64,000 bases of DNA from Thermodesulfobacteriota bacterium (GTDB lineage Bacteria; Desulfobacterota; Desulfobacteria; Desulfobacterales; C00003060). Of this stretch, positions 13,126-22,678 are shown in pieces. A program made the position numbers and the translations under genes. The stretch lies in the NCBI GenBank assembly GCA_034189385.1, contig JAXHVD010000015.1:32001-96000 (forward strand), given 5' to 3'. The notes below the pieces were generated by a model that saw only the letters and a list, made by a program, of their open reading frames with translations, searched no databases and was not told the DNA's origin. Each line of letters opens with the position of its first letter. The stretch's first letter is position 1.

Positions 13126-14871
13126 ATGCGTACACTAAAATTGCTTTTGTTGGTTGTGGCGGCTGTTGCGCTTTCTGTACCCACACTTGCCTTTGCTGGT
13201 CACGGAGGAAAGAGCGCCCACGAGATGGTCCATATTGAAGGTGGAGACTATGTGACCATTTCAGGCACTATCATCGATTCCCACAAAGAACCGGTTGGAG
13301 AAGCGGTGATCACCGTGCACATGAACGGCCATGACATGGCCCATGTGGAGACTGCCCACAACGGCCACTTCGTCACCGATTTCATGGTGGAAGCAGGCAC
13401 CATGGAGACGGCCCACTTCGATATGAAGGTGGGAAAGACCAGCTTTGAGACTAAGACCGTGCCTTTCCCTGGAACGGACTTCGCCAAGATAGGAAAACAC
13501 TATTATGTTGCCGAGGAGGTGGCGCTGGACCGGGTCCTGGGTCCGGCCTTCTGGATCTCCACTGTCGTTTTCATCGTCGCCTATGCCCTCATCGCCTTTG
13601 AGCTCCTCCATCGAACCATTGCCGCCATGCTGGGCGCTGCCATGATGATGTGTCTTTCCTACACCATCGGGACCATCAATCCGGAGTTTCGCATCTTCTC
13701 CTTTGAGCGGGCCATCTTTGCCATTGACATGAACGTGGTCTTTCTCTTGATGGGGATGATGATCATCGTGGGCGTCCTCAAAAACACCGGTGTCTTTCAA
13801 TGGTGTGCCTACATATCTTACAAGATGGCAAAGGGAAAAGTCTTCGTGCTAACGGTCGTTCTGATGATCTTTACGGCCGTCTCCTCAGCCTTTCTGGACA
13901 ATGTGACCACCATGCTGCTCTTGACGGGGGTGGCCATCGAGATCGCCATCTCTTGCAGTCTCAATCCCCTCTATCTGCTGATCCCGTTGGTCCTGGCCTC
14001 CAACGTGGGCGGCACAGCCACTCTTATCGGCGATCCACCCAATATCATGATCGGCTCCTATGCAGGCCTCACCTTCATGGATTTTGTGGTTGCCCTGGCC
14101 CTTATCTGCGTGGTCTCCTTGATGGTCATGTTTATCTATACCAAGCTCGTGTGGGGCAAGGATTACGCCAAGGCACAGGCGTCGATCGCCAATGTAGAGG
14201 AGTTTACGGCCGAGCTGAAGGAAAAATACAAGATCTATGACCCCCAGCTCCTCACCTACGGTCTGATTGTCCTCGGCTTTGCCGTCTTCCTCTTCCTCTC
14301 CCATGGTTACTGGCACATGGAGGTGAGTGTGGCGGCCCTGACCGGTGCAAGCATCCTCTTTACCATCGGGGTCGTGACCAAGAAGGTGGATCTGCTCCAT
14401 CTCATTGAAAAGGATATTGAATGGCCCACCCTCATGTTCTTTATCTTCCTCTTTATCCTCGTAGGCGCCGTGGAAGAGGCCGGGCTCCTCGCCGTGATTG
14501 CCGACTGGATCCTGGATGTCTCAGGTGGAAGCTATCTCATGTCCATGACCCTGATCCTCTGGGTGGCAGCCATCATGTCCGCCTTTGTGGACAATATCCC
14601 CTTTACGGCCACCATGCTTCCCATTGTGGCCTATCTTAGCAAGGTCATCCCAGGCTCTGAAAACACCCTGTGGTGGGCCTTGGCCCTGGGCGCCTGCTTT
14701 GGTGGCAACGGTACCATCATCGGCGCTTCGGCAAACGTGGTCACCATGGGCATCGCCGAGTCCAAGGGCTACAAGATATCATTCATCGGTTTCATGAAAA
14801 CCGCCTTTCCGTATATGATACTGAGTATAGGTATCTGCCAGGTATGGCTCATGCTCTTTAAGCCTGCGTAG
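13126..14871 (+). CDS. ArsB/NhaD-family (IT superfamily) ion transporter with signal peptide and extracytoplasmic N-terminal domain
   Basis: GGAGGAGG RBS; SAFLDNVTT, SNVGGTATLIGDPPN, SAFVDNIP and GGNGTIIGASAN motifs. Confidence 0.9.
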   Translation: MRTLKLLLLVVAAVALSVPTLAFAGHGGKSAHEMVHIEGGDYVTISGTIIDSHKEPVGEAVITVHMNGHDMAHVETAHNGHFVTDFMVEAGTMETAHFDMKVGKTSFETKTVPFPGTDFAKIGKHYYVAEEVALDRVLGPAFWISTVVFIVAYALIAFELLHRTIAAMLGAAMMMCLSYTIGTINPEFRIFSFERAIFAIDMNVVFLLMGMMIIVGVLKNTGVFQWCAYISYKMAKGKVFVLTVVLMIFTAVSSAFLDNVTTMLLLTGVAIEIAISCSLNPLYLLIPLVLASNVGGTATLIGDPPNIMIGSYAGLTFMDFVVALALICVVSLMVMFIYTKLVWGKDYAKAQASIANVEEFTAELKEKYKIYDPQLLTYGLIVLGFAVFLFLSHGYWHMEVSVAALTGASILFTIGVVTKKVDLLHLIEKDIEWPTLMFFIFLFILVGAVEEAGLLAVIADWILDVSGGSYLMSMTLILWVAAIMSAFVDNIPFTATMLPIVAYLSKVIPGSENTLWWALALGACFGGNGTIIGASANVVTMGIAESKGYKISFIGFMKTAFPYMILSIGICQVWLMLFKPA

Positions 14872-14898
14872 CAGAGACCGCGTCAGTCCCAACGAAAG

Positions 14899-14934
14899 AA
14901 AGCCCCAACTGCTCCTGGCAGTTGGGGCTTTTTT
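14899..14934 (+). terminator. Rho-independent terminator
   Basis: AAAGCCCCAACTGC-TCCTG-GCAGTTGGGGCTTT followed by a T-run. Confidence 0.88.
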
Positions 14935-14976
14935 GTATGGTTCCCCTAAGAAGCCATCACGACATGGGGCCGACCC

Positions 14977-15180
14977 CTAAACCCACTTCGTCGATGGCAC
15001 CAGCTCTTCCCTCGGCTTCAACATGTTGATCCGACCGTCCTGATCTTTAATGCCAATCGTGCATTGGCATTTCCCGCACCGGATGAGGTATCCACCTTGG
15101 GGAAGGGCTTCCTTTTCTGTATCTCCAAGTTGGCAGTACGCTTTACACGTGGGGCACTTGAGAATCACCGTCTTTTTCAC
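14977..15180 (-). CDS. Small zinc-ribbon-like protein
   Basis: CPTC..CGKC pair in a 67-aa ORF; GTG start. Confidence 0.5.
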   Translation of the reverse strand: MKKTVILKCPTCKAYCQLGDTEKEALPQGGYLIRCGKCQCTIGIKDQDGRINMLKPREELVPSTKWV

Positions 15181-15323
15181 CCTGTGGCTGTTACTTTACG
15201 ACGCGTAGCGAGCCCTTTTCGCCACCTCAGGGGAGATGACTCCACCCGCCGGAGCGCCTTTGGGACGAAGAGCGCATAGCTCTCCTTACAGGGTCTCTCC
15301 AATGAAATGAATGGGCTTGTTGG

Positions 15324-16475
15324 CTAGAATGCTATCTCTTCTTCCTTTTGGTCATTGCACGCCAGGATTTGATCCAAGGAAGGCCTCTCCTTTGCAGGGG
15401 TGTAAGCGTCCAACAGATGGTTGATCTCAGACGGCCCCATGATGGTCCCCTCTACCTGGCCAGCCGGTTTAAAGAAGGCATATTGGGGATAGTAGACATT
15501 GGAATAGGGGTAAGACCTTCCTTCAATATAGAGGTCGATTGTTAAACCTGACACCCCCAAGACCCCCTTGGAAAAGACATCCGGTATGGCATGGACGGCA
15601 TCCACGAATCGGTTAAACTCTATCCACGTGTTCACATTGGCCACTGTGACCATGGGAGCATAGTCTGCACTGCTGACGATTTCATGCATGAAAGGATGGA
15701 GCCGCCTAGTGATACCATCGGAAGCAGGCTCAGACGAAGACCAAAGGAACTTGAAGTCAGCCCCCAAAAGATCGTCCCCTATGGGGGCGGCGTCAGGGGT
15801 GATAGTCCGCTTCTTGGCTTCCAAGGCACGTTCGATGTCTGGATTGGCCTCGAAAAGGACGGAATAGGGACTCTCTGCTGTCACTGCGCCCTTTGACTCC
15901 CATCCCCCCTTTACCAAGGAACCGTCCAGGCACAGCCTCACCGGGTGCGCCGAACCAGAGCCATTCGTTCCGAGAAGTCGGCTCGGGATCTCAAGCAAGA
16001 TCCGCCCCTCTTCTTTGAAGACCCTGATACCATTTTTGGCATGCTCGTATTCTTTGAGATAGGGCCCCAGGACACCGGCCAATTTACCGCAACAGGGACT
16101 GAAGCCCCCCTCTTTTTCACGATATATCGTTCCCATGGTCTTGGTCTCATGGTCGTATCCAGTATGGCTTCCCATGACGTAGACCAGATTCTCAGCGTGA
16201 TGTGCAGCCGGGGCAATCGCCCCTACATCGAGTTCAGCTCCCACCAGCCCCCCAACAAAGGGAGACGCTCCAAAGGTGCCAAAAAAGTAGAGGGCCTTTA
16301 GGCTCTGGCTCTCGTCGGCACATTCAACGATCACGGGCAGGGTCCCGGCCAGGTCAAAGCCGCAATGATGAACCGCCACTTCCCTGAGCTTTCCAAAAAA
16401 AGCCGCCAGAGACCGTTGACAGCACATGACTGATCCATTGTCCGGAACGATACTGGGACTCTTCAAATAATCCAT
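15324..16475 (-). CDS. LCIB-like (theta-class) carbonic anhydrase candidate with C-terminal extension
   Basis: C52-A-D-E, GGLVG, AAHH, H104-TG and CCG(128-130) occur in the order and spacing of the LCIB family; GAGGAGG RBS. Confidence 0.62.
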   Translation of the reverse strand: MDYLKSPSIVPDNGSVMCCQRSLAAFFGKLREVAVHHCGFDLAGTLPVIVECADESQSLKALYFFGTFGASPFVGGLVGAELDVGAIAPAAHHAENLVYVMGSHTGYDHETKTMGTIYREKEGGFSPCCGKLAGVLGPYLKEYEHAKNGIRVFKEEGRILLEIPSRLLGTNGSGSAHPVRLCLDGSLVKGGWESKGAVTAESPYSVLFEANPDIERALEAKKRTITPDAAPIGDDLLGADFKFLWSSSEPASDGITRRLHPFMHEIVSSADYAPMVTVANVNTWIEFNRFVDAVHAIPDVFSKGVLGVSGLTIDLYIEGRSYPYSNVYYPQYAFFKPAGQVEGTIMGPSEINHLLDAYTPAKERPSLDQILACNDQKEEEIAF

Positions 16476-16824
16476 ATTGTCGCAGACCTCCTCTTCCTAT
16501 CAGTGCTTGTGGTTTTGCTACCCTGTAACCGCCACGGAAAAAGACCTGGGCCGCATGTTCGCACGGCGCGCCTGACATCGGCGCATGGCTGTGCACGACA
16601 CCGGTGGTGGCTCCACCGAGGCGGCCTATTCAAGCAACATCGGTTCGGGCCTAAGCTCACACCTTACCCAAAGCCGTTGGCACCTTCGGCAAAGGGCCCG
16701 CGGCTCCCCGAGGGTAACCCCACGACACGGTTCTTCAGCAACAACCAAAGGCTTACCCCTGTAAGCCCTGACTGACCAAGCACTTAAAACCTGTCTCGGC
16801 CTCGAAGCGGGCCCTAAAGGCCGG

Positions 16825-17265
16825 CTATTTTTTCAGTGCCGACATGGGTGATGCCATGATCTCGGCCACTTTCACTGAACGGATGCGTTCTTCCTGTTCG
16901 GCCTTTCTGTCGTAGCCCCTGTCTATCTTCGCGACCAACTCGTCGATCTCGCAAGGTTTCAACACGTAATCCAAGGCACCCAGCTTCATCCCTTCCACGG
17001 CCGTTTCCACGGTGGCATTTCCGGTCAGCATGAGCACTTCGGTGAGCGGCTTCAGCTTCTTGATTTCACGAAGGGCGGCGATACCGTCCATGCCTGGCAT
17101 GGCAACATCCAGTATAACGACATCGAAGTTGTAACCCTTCACCTTCTCTGTAGCTTCTTCCCCACTTAAAGATGTGGTCACGTCATAGTCACGCATACTC
17201 AAACGTTCGGCCAGAGAGTCGACAAACTCTTTTTCATCGTCAACGATTAAGATTCTCGCTTTCAT
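16825..17265 (-). CDS. Stand-alone response regulator receiver protein
   Basis: ILIVDDE, ILDVAMPGMDG, LTG and KP motifs; AAGGAG RBS. Confidence 0.92.
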   Translation of the reverse strand: MKARILIVDDEKEFVDSLAERLSMRDYDVTTSLSGEEATEKVKGYNFDVVILDVAMPGMDGIAALREIKKLKPLTEVLMLTGNATVETAVEGMKLGALDYVLKPCEIDELVAKIDRGYDRKAEQEERIRSVKVAEIMASPMSALKK

Positions 17266-17645
17266 CTTCATGTCTCCTTTCGAATACAAAAAAAGTTAGT
17301 AAATATAATGGACCTATCTTCTTCAATTCCGACGAGTTTTTTCAGCCAATTTCTTGACAACCCGATCATGGAGGTTGCCCTGGCAACGCACAACGTCGCC
17401 GCTCACGAACCTTTGGGCTCCCATCCCTCTTGAAGGATACTGAGAACACGGGCTCTCCCCTTTTTGGGGGACCTCGTAACACCTCTAGTCAACTCCTTTC
17501 TGCTCAACCTCAGGGCATATCCGGTTTACTGCCCCAATTTACCTGTCACCGCCTATTGCCCTCACCACCAGCCCTCTTCACGCTGCCCCCTATGCTATGT
17601 GCCATCTGTCCGTGAAAATGAGTCGGCCCCGTCGGCCAGGAACTC

Positions 17646-18557
17646 TCAACTGGTTGTCTCCAGGGGCCTGCCACCGCTGTCCACACGTGAATGGCCCAGC
17701 AGTTCATCGATGCGGCCGTACATCCTATTGGCCCCGTCGACGGCATAGGTGATATATCCATGGGCATCGTCATCCAGTTTGCCTCCACAGCGTCGCTCCA
17801 GAAGTCGGAGATAGCTTGCCACCGTACGAAGCGGCTCTTGAAGGTCATGTGAGACCACATAAGCAAACTCCTCCAGCCTGCGGTTGCTCTCCTCCAGCGC
17901 CCCGGCATGGGTTTCCAGCCGTTTTTCAGCCTGCTTGCGTTCCGTGATCTCTCTGGACACATTTCCTATCATGTGATTTGTCACCTTCTTCAGGGCCTCC
18001 AAGAGTTCTACTTGCGATGTGCCGTGCACCCGGGCAGTCAAGTCGCCTCTTGAAACCCTGTTCAATACATCGAAGTGTTCTGCAAGACCGATGGCAAATT
18101 CATGAGACAGATAAACAATGTCGGCCAGATTTTCAGCCGTCAGGTTGACAATATTTTTTAGTTTGCTAATGAGCTCAAGGGATGAGGATTCCGGCACCCT
18201 TGCATCGGGGTCTCCTGAAGCAATCCTCTTCAGTGCCTCGAAGACCTCGGACAGTGCCAGGGCCAACTCCATGCTAATTGCTTCCAGCTCCTTGTCCCTT
18301 TCATCTACTAACCTCCTAAAATCTTGGAATTGTTCATTGACCACCTGAAGCGTCATTCCCAGCGAAGAAGGGTCCATGTTGTTTAAAAAGGGTTCACACT
18401 GAAGGCACATCTCCATCTTCTCCAGAAATTTGCCCTGGATCTCGTTATGACAATGGGTCCCTGAGACGAGCCAACAATTCAGCTCCTTTGATTTGTAAAC
18501 CGGGCACTCCTTCTCGTCACATTTTAGAATTTCCCAGCATTTCACCTTGTTTTTCAT
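17646..18557 (-). CDS. Two-CW Cys-rich domain plus HAMP-like repeats plus HisKA protein lacking HATPase
   Basis: CWEILKC..CP..CWLVSGTHC..CLQC; H-box SHDLQEPLR; ORF ends right after the dimerization helices. Confidence 0.75.
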   Translation of the reverse strand: MKNKVKCWEILKCDEKECPVYKSKELNCWLVSGTHCHNEIQGKFLEKMEMCLQCEPFLNNMDPSSLGMTLQVVNEQFQDFRRLVDERDKELEAISMELALALSEVFEALKRIASGDPDARVPESSSLELISKLKNIVNLTAENLADIVYLSHEFAIGLAEHFDVLNRVSRGDLTARVHGTSQVELLEALKKVTNHMIGNVSREITERKQAEKRLETHAGALEESNRRLEEFAYVVSHDLQEPLRTVASYLRLLERRCGGKLDDDAHGYITYAVDGANRMYGRIDELLGHSRVDSGGRPLETTS

Positions 18558-18572
18558 GTCCTAAATCCCTTT

Positions 18573-19256
18573 TCAGGGTTGGGCACCAGCCTCATCCATA
18601 TCTCTCGACAGGGTGAGGATCAGTTCTCCGGCCTCTGCATCAAGGCTCATCCGACCCCTGAGTGCCTCAAGCAGCCTCTTTTCACGCTCCCCCGGGAAGG
18701 TACCGACCGGCAACTCGGCAACAGCTTCGACTCCCGTGAATCTCACCAAGGAACCATCTGCCGTCTCCTCGGCCGCCAGTCCAATGGTTTTCCCGCTACC
18801 GGCCGCCCCAACAGCGAAATCGAGGCACAGAGAGATAAGGTTTTGCAGGAAGAATGGGTTTGTCGTGATTGTTACCGGACTGCGCCCCCGCCTTGGTTCC
18901 AGAGTCACGCCTCCCATGAAGGCTAGTCTTCGGGAAAGGGTGACGACGAAGTCCACGAGCTCATGCAGGTCAACGTCCTTTTCGGATTCATCCACGCTGT
19001 GGGCAAACCTGTTCATGGTCGCCACGATTCCATCGGCCCGGCGGATCTGTTTGATTACTTTTGCGGCCAGGCTCTTGAGCCGCCCCGGGTCGATGGGCGC
19101 CCCTCCCTCTGACATGGCGACAAAGTCCTCCATAAGCCCTGCATTCTCATTCATAATGGCCAGGGCATTCTTGATCTCGTGGGACAAAGAAGCCGCTGTT
19201 TTTCCGTAGAACTGAAGCCCTGTCTGCCCGATGATGTCACCTTCCCAGTTCATCAC
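18573..19256 (-). CDS. Cytoplasmic HisKA protein with degenerate HATPase-like domain
   Basis: SHEIKNALA H-box; no recognisable DxGxG G1 or G2 boxes. Confidence 0.75.
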   Translation of the reverse strand: MMNWEGDIIGQTGLQFYGKTAASLSHEIKNALAIMNENAGLMEDFVAMSEGGAPIDPGRLKSLAAKVIKQIRRADGIVATMNRFAHSVDESEKDVDLHELVDFVVTLSRRLAFMGGVTLEPRRGRSPVTITTNPFFLQNLISLCLDFAVGAAGSGKTIGLAAEETADGSLVRFTGVEAVAELPVGTFPGEREKRLLEALRGRMSLDAEAGELILTLSRDMDEAGAQP

Positions 19257-19264
19257 ACACCTCC

Positions 19265-19624
19265 TTACGCCTTAAGGGCCTGATTCATTTTATCGATGAG
19301 GGTTTCAATCTGAAGGGGCTTGACCAGGTAATAGGCCGTTCCAGCATCGCTTAAAGCCGCCTGGAAGTAGTCTCCAGAGCCGTGACCTGTAACAAAAATG
19401 AATTTCAGGTGAGGACACTTGCCCTGCAGTTTTTTCTTCAGTTCCAGTCCGCTCATCTTCGGCATCTTCACATCCAACACGGCGATGTCAAAGGTCTTCG
19501 ACTCCACCTGCGTCAGGGCATCATGGCAGGTGGAGGCCCAGTCCGCCTCGATCCCCCTTAAAGAGAGGCGCTCTGCCAAGGCGGACACCAGTTCTATTTC
19601 GTCATCCACTAATAGCACTCTCAT
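19265..19624 (-). CDS. Stand-alone response regulator receiver protein
   Basis: LLVDDE, LDVKMP, TGHG and KP motifs; ATGA overlap with the upstream kinase. Confidence 0.92.
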   Translation of the reverse strand: MRVLLVDDEIELVSALAERLSLRGIEADWASTCHDALTQVESKTFDIAVLDVKMPKMSGLELKKKLQGKCPHLKFIFVTGHGSGDYFQAALSDAGTAYYLVKPLQIETLIDKMNQALKA

Positions 19625-21360
19625 GTGTCTACCCTTTTCCTTTGCTTTGCTTGAAGTGGCAGCGTGACGGTGAAGCTCGTACCCTTGCCCACCTCGCTTT
19701 TTACTCTCATGTCGCCACCGAGTTCACGAACAAGACCGTAGGTGATGGACAAGCCGAGACCCGTTCCCCCCTTCGTCTTCTTCGTGGAAAAAAAGGGCTC
19801 AAAGATCCGCTTCAGATCCGCCTCCGGAATCCCGCATCCGTCATCATTGACTTCCACCGAAACGGAAACCTCTGACCGTCGATAGGCCTTGATGTCCAGG
19901 TGCCCGCCGTCATTCATGGCTGCGAAGGCATTGTTGACGAGGTTCAGAAAAATCTGCTGCAGCTTCCCCCGATCGCTTTCAATGGTGGGGATTTCATTCC
20001 GGATCGCCACATTCACCTGAATCCCCCTGTACTCAGCCTCCTTGCCGATGAATCCAAGCACTTCCTCAATAAGTTCCTTAAACTTAACGGGCTGGATGTC
20101 CACATCCATATGGCGGGCGAAGCTTAAAAGCCTTCTCGTAACGGCGCCGCAACGCTCCACGGAGGACTGGACCGACTCCACAAGGCCGATGAGCTTCTCG
20201 TCCCCAGCATATTCCTGCTTCAGCGTGAAGGTATCGTGAATGAGCCCGGCCTTTTCGTTGATGATGGCAAGGGGGTTGTTGATCTCATGGGCCACGCCCG
20301 CAGCCAGCCGGCCAATGGATGCCATCCTTTCGGAGTACTCCATATGGTGCAGTGTCACCACCCGTTTCTCGTCCGCATCGTGAATCTTGTTCACCAGATA
20401 GGTGGCCACCCTCAGGATCACGACCAGGACCGCCGTGATGCTAATGACCAGAAACGCGAAAAGCGCTTTTCTGGTCTTGTGCCAGGGCTTCATGAGCAAC
20501 TCCTGGTGCTTGATAATCATCAGGATAAAGGGGGTCTCAGCGATGTAGGCATACCCCACCACAAGGGAGTCGCCACCAAGGCCTTGACACTGAAGGACCT
20601 CCGTTTTCGGCGAATACTCGGGAACGGACAACAACATCTTCTTGAGGACCTTGCCATGCCAGCGGGTCGGAGTTTGGATCGTACCCTGCTGGTTGACTAT
20701 GAAGGCATCGCCGCCGCCGTCCACTTCCAGTCCGGAAAGCAAATCGTTGAATCGTTTGGTGTCCACCGTTGCCCGGAGCACATAAAAGGACCCGTCTTCC
20801 AGCTCATGTCTGACGGCGATGACGAGATGGGGGAGTTGCCGGTATCCCAGGAACACGTCACTGATGTATACACCGCGAGCCAGGACCTCCTCAAACCACT
20901 CCTGGCCGCTGTAATCCTTACCCGTCAACTCAAAGGGCCCCACATAGGTCTGTTGTCTGCCTGAGGCGTCGATCACGCCCAGGTCAGTGAACCCTGTGAA
21001 GGCCTTCTGCAGGGCATCCAGAAGTTGGGTGAGCACCACAGGATCGTTTAGTTCTTTGAAGGGGTGATGATGAACAATGAAATCGAGTGCTGCCTTGCGT
21101 TCCGTGAGAAAGAAAGAGACCGTTCGCCTGGCATTGGACACAAGGCGAGAGGTCCGCAAAACGATTTCCGACTCCATGGCATCGTGGGTCACATTGTAGT
21201 CAAATACGGCCATGGAGATCACGGGAGAAAGGGCGACCACGGTTGTGAGCACCACCGTCAGCTTCCAGATCCGGCGGAAGTTGAACAGGTGCTTGAATCG
21301 CTCCTCCCCAGTATCCCCGTGATCCCAGAAACCTGGTTTTAGTCTTGCCAATATAGACAT
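19621..21360 (-). CDS. Membrane sensor histidine kinase with Cache-like periplasmic domain
   Basis: Two TM segments; AHEINNPL, NLVNNA, DDGCGI, FEPFFSTK and GTGLGL boxes. Confidence 0.93.
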   Translation of the reverse strand: MSILARLKPGFWDHGDTGEERFKHLFNFRRIWKLTVVLTTVVALSPVISMAVFDYNVTHDAMESEIVLRTSRLVSNARRTVSFFLTERKAALDFIVHHHPFKELNDPVVLTQLLDALQKAFTGFTDLGVIDASGRQQTYVGPFELTGKDYSGQEWFEEVLARGVYISDVFLGYRQLPHLVIAVRHELEDGSFYVLRATVDTKRFNDLLSGLEVDGGGDAFIVNQQGTIQTPTRWHGKVLKKMLLSVPEYSPKTEVLQCQGLGGDSLVVGYAYIAETPFILMIIKHQELLMKPWHKTRKALFAFLVISITAVLVVILRVATYLVNKIHDADEKRVVTLHHMEYSERMASIGRLAAGVAHEINNPLAIINEKAGLIHDTFTLKQEYAGDEKLIGLVESVQSSVERCGAVTRRLLSFARHMDVDIQPVKFKELIEEVLGFIGKEAEYRGIQVNVAIRNEIPTIESDRGKLQQIFLNLVNNAFAAMNDGGHLDIKAYRRSEVSVSVEVNDDGCGIPEADLKRIFEPFFSTKKTKGGTGLGLSITYGLVRELGGDMRVKSEVGKGTSFTVTLPLQAKQRKRVDT

Positions 21361-21424
21361 GGTGGACCTGTGCAAAGCCAACCTGGGAGACGTCCGCAAT
21401 CAATAGCGGACCGGTTCTGCCCCG

Positions 21425-22651
21425 TTAGCGCGTGCTCCCCTTTTGCTCCTTAATCTTCTCGTTGGCCCTTCTAAGGGTGTCGCTTAACAAATCAATATCT
21501 ACCGGCTTGTTCAAGTATGCAAAGGCCCCGAGATCCATACACACGTCTCTGTCGGCCTCAGACCCATGGCCGGTGAGGATGATGACCTCGATCTCCGGAC
21601 GGGTCCTTTTCACTTGTCGCAGGACCTCGATGCCGTCTATGCCGGGCATTTTAAGGTCCAGGATCATGACTTCTGGCTCGTCCTCTTTGATCAGGTCGAG
21701 GGCCGATTCGCCGTCGTAAGCCACGGCTGACCCCATGCGGCGCATAATCAGCCTCTCGGACAGGGTTTCGACGAATTCGCGCTCATCATCTACGAGCAAA
21801 ACCTTGGACGGCATTTCAAAATCATACTTCCGATAGATATCTGTCTGGTAATAGTCCTTCCCCACTTTGGCCTCTGCTGATCTGACGCCTTCCACCTTTT
21901 GTGCGATTGACATGAGTTCCTCCTCCAGTCGGTGCAGCATGAGAACCTGTTTGTTGATGGTCAGGGTGACCACGCCGTCCCTGGCGTTTACACTCACGTT
22001 GTGCCCCTCTTTGGCCAGGGCCACTTCAACCTTTGCAGCCAGAAGGACATTATCTACTGCCTTTCTCGACGCCTCAGTCGGTTTCAGCACGTCTTTATCA
22101 ATGTTATCGCAAATAAGCGTGGCTGCCTCCTCAACACTTTTCTTGTGCGTGGGGATCACCATGTCGTAAAGAGACGGGTCCCAGGGGTCCTTGGTCTGAA
22201 AAAGGGTGTTCATCCAGGCGGTGCAGTCCTCGTCCTGCCGGTGGATGAGCTTTGTGGCTTCCTTTTCGGAAAGACCCTGTTGTTCCATGGCCCCAGAGAC
22301 TCTATATTTCATGTCCGCAATGAGGCACACGCGAAGCACGTGGCTCACCTCTTTAGGAATAAGCTGTCCAACAAATCCGGCGATCACGAAATTGTCACCA
22401 GTGAGCCGTTTGGCCAGGGCAAGGCGCAAAGAGGCCACGGAGCGCTCCCGCTCGTGGGTGAACTTGTTGAACACTGACGTCTTGCCTGAGAAGACCCGTT
22501 CTATTTTGCTCTTGTCCATGCCTGAGACCTCCGTCGCCTCAGCCACCAGGTCCTTATCCGTAACCAGTGCGTAGCCGGTTTTCTTTACTACCTCTTGAAT
22601 GACAGTATCTTCCTTGCAGAAGATACCGTTGAATACTGCAATGACAGACAT
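21425..22651 (-). CDS. Cytidylate-kinase-like plus BON-like plus receiver domain response regulator
   Basis: N-terminal CMK-like features (LRVCLIAD, DPSLYDMVI); C-terminal REC (LVDDE, LDLKMPG, TGHG, KP). Confidence 0.85.
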   Translation of the reverse strand: MSVIAVFNGIFCKEDTVIQEVVKKTGYALVTDKDLVAEATEVSGMDKSKIERVFSGKTSVFNKFTHERERSVASLRLALAKRLTGDNFVIAGFVGQLIPKEVSHVLRVCLIADMKYRVSGAMEQQGLSEKEATKLIHRQDEDCTAWMNTLFQTKDPWDPSLYDMVIPTHKKSVEEAATLICDNIDKDVLKPTEASRKAVDNVLLAAKVEVALAKEGHNVSVNARDGVVTLTINKQVLMLHRLEEELMSIAQKVEGVRSAEAKVGKDYYQTDIYRKYDFEMPSKVLLVDDEREFVETLSERLIMRRMGSAVAYDGESALDLIKEDEPEVMILDLKMPGIDGIEVLRQVKRTRPEIEVIILTGHGSEADRDVCMDLGAFAYLNKPVDIDLLSDTLRRANEKIKEQKGSTR

Positions 22652-22678
22652 CTTGATCCCCCTTTTCTTGTCAGACGC

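Noticed and set aside
15228..15278. 16-codon minus-strand ORF with an AAGGAG RBS
   Set aside because: Too short, with no recognisable motif or other support
16480..16800. Possible c-di-AMP or glycine riboswitch upstream of the LCIB-like gene (GCTGAA, GGGGAGCC, GCCGAAGG and CCCGAACC fragments)
   Set aside because: The required partner motifs (GTCAGCTAAC, CTCTCAGG) are absent; only scattered matches
17598..17648. Selenocysteine read-through at the end of the two-CW kinase
   Set aside because: The hairpin loop is only about 12 nt from the UGA and read-through adds about 15 unrecognisable residues without restoring a HATPase
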